Below are positions 62,962 through 64,000 of a DNA stretch of 64,000 nt, piece by piece (within the stretch, counting starts at the first letter, position 1; the number at the start of each line of letters is the position of its first letter). Position numbers and translations under genes: made by a program. Source of the stretch: a virus (taxonomy: Duplodnaviria; Caudoviricetes); IMG/VR virus record IMGVR_UViG_3300043078_000170; one strand, 5' to 3'. The notes under the pieces were generated by a model. It was not told the DNA's origin. It saw only the letters and a program-made list of their open reading frames with translations, and did no database searches.

Positions 62962-63315
62962 ATGAAGTTCAAGTTTAGTGAATCCTATTCTGTAAACGAA
63001 GAAAAGGGAGTATGCGTTTGCGTATTAAAGTGTAAGAACATTTTTATCGCAAAGACTATTAATGAAGCTCTTAGATTCATTCTTAGAGAATCAAATAGTA
63101 AGGGCGTTAAACTTCCTCCAAACTGTTATATTCCAACTATGTTTAAGGGTACAGCAGTTTGTTATACAGAAGACGAATTTGACAGATCAACAGGACGTAA
63201 GATTGCTAGAGAAAAGGCTTATGACCAGTTTTCTAGATGGGCAGATAAGTATGAATCCAATATTAAGTTTTTAACTGAAGAAGTTCTTAAGAAGTTCAAG
63301 GTAGAAAAGAAGTAA
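62962..63315 (+). CDS. Conserved phage hypothetical protein
   Basis: FKGTAVC..EDEFD..TGRKIAREKA motif; early motif at 62884..62896. Confidence 0.65.
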   Translation: MKFKFSESYSVNEEKGVCVCVLKCKNIFIAKTINEALRFILRESNSKGVKLPPNCYIPTMFKGTAVCYTEDEFDRSTGRKIAREKAYDQFSRWADKYESNIKFLTEEVLKKFKVEKK

Positions 63316-63366
63316 ATAATTTTTACTTAACACTTCTTTATAGTTTCTATAAGGAAGTGACTTAAT

Positions 63367-63720
63367 ATGAAACAACAACAAAAGCAAAAACATAAAACTA
63401 AATTAAATCAAAATCCATTAACTTTTACTAAAAGATTAGTTATATTAATCTTATGGTTGTCTATAGTATGGGTAACTTGGTCTTATATATTAGCAACTAT
63501 TGCAGTAATTAAGTATGGAGAGTCTAGTGTTGTAGAATCTCTTAGTGAGCGTATTGTCGAAGCATTAATAGCTACAATATTAGGTTATTTATGTAAAGCT
63601 TATTTTGAAACTAAGAATGAAGAAAAAAATCGTATTCAAGAAAAACAAATAGATTTGGATTCATCTCAAGAAGAATTACAAGATGACCCAGATCCAACAA
63701 ATCGTAATTATATGGGTTAA
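63367..63720 (+). CDS. Two-TM membrane protein (holin-like)
   Basis: TFTKRLV + TM1, TM2 + YLCKAYFETKNE; AACA-N6-TA at 63329..63340. Confidence 0.55.
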   Translation: MKQQQKQKHKTKLNQNPLTFTKRLVILILWLSIVWVTWSYILATIAVIKYGESSVVESLSERIVEALIATILGYLCKAYFETKNEEKNRIQEKQIDLDSSQEELQDDPDPTNRNYMG

Positions 63721-63768
63721 AGAGAGTTAATCTCTTTAACCCTATTTATAATCTAGGAGGAAATTAAA

Positions 63769-63960
63769 ATGATCAAAAAGAAGACTTTTATGGTAGTAGA
63801 AACTAAGACTTATTACGTTGAAATTGAAAAGGAAGTTGATGAAGAATTACAAGAAGAAGTTGATTGGGATGCATTAGTTGATAAGCACATTGATGATGAA
63901 AAATATCATATTAATGAAGATCTTGATATTAATGTAATAGAATGTGATGATGAGGGATAA
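63769..63960 (+). CDS. Small acidic hypothetical protein
   Basis: AGGAGG RBS. Confidence 0.55.
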   Translation: MIKKKTFMVVETKTYYVEIEKEVDEELQEEVDWDALVDKHIDDEKYHINEDLDINVIECDDEG

Positions 63961-64000
63961 TACTATGAATAATATTGAAGATCTTGAAAATGCCATTATA

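Noticed and set aside
10889-63274. Other overlapping or antisense ORFs (10889, 11531, 16248, 21693, 24423, 40284, 44890, 45182, 50293, 52147, 52518, 52873, 54396, 57304, 57383, 58370, 58652, 60689, 63062)
   Set aside because: Each overlaps a better-supported gene with RBS or motifs and has shadow-frame composition.
1-64000. tRNA, rRNA or CRISPR arrays
   Set aside because: None recognised by eye; a tRNAscan/Infernal run would be needed to exclude them formally.

Overview
This 64-kb window is a very AT-rich segment of a jumbo myophage genome of the AR9/PBS1-like type (phage-encoded multisubunit RNA polymerase). The host is probably a Firmicute, judging from the GAAAGGAG/GGAGGTG RBSs, an M15 endolysin with PG-binding domains and a BspA-like LRR fibre tip. 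It encodes a major capsid protein, portal, terminase large subunit, neck, tail tube, a giant tail sheath, collagen-like fibres, a RNAP beta subunit split into two genes, a split family-B DNA polymerase, NAD-dependent ligase, RecA/UvsX, HU, holin, endolysin and a GT2 glycosyltransferase. Four group I introns (recA, rpoB-C, portal, terL) can be delimited to the nucleotide from P1 U-G pairs, terminal G and restored protein motifs. The portal intron carries two endonuclease ORFs. recA also contains an Ala-start, class-3-like intein in Walker A. Seven related Zn-ribbon-repeat/PD-(D/E)xK-like homing endonucleases are present. Two promoter motifs recur: AAATATATATTAT (all on the + strand, early-type) and AACA-N6-TA (AR9-late-type). 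The most novel-looking signals are: (1) a dispersed family of basic, Gly/Ala-helix proteins sharing a portable acidic tag Y(L/I)(E/D)GYYDAL(L/C)E, including two convergent genes with a 180-bp inverted-repeat constant leader and unrelated cargos; (2) a conserved ~140-nt structured 5' leader RNA with a compensatory base change, in front of two unrelated early genes 37 kb apart; (3) hairpin-split Shine-Dalgarno sequences on the capsid and sheath genes; (4) GC-rich synonymous-codon islands at conserved catalytic motifs. All product calls come from motif recognition by eye; no database search was run.
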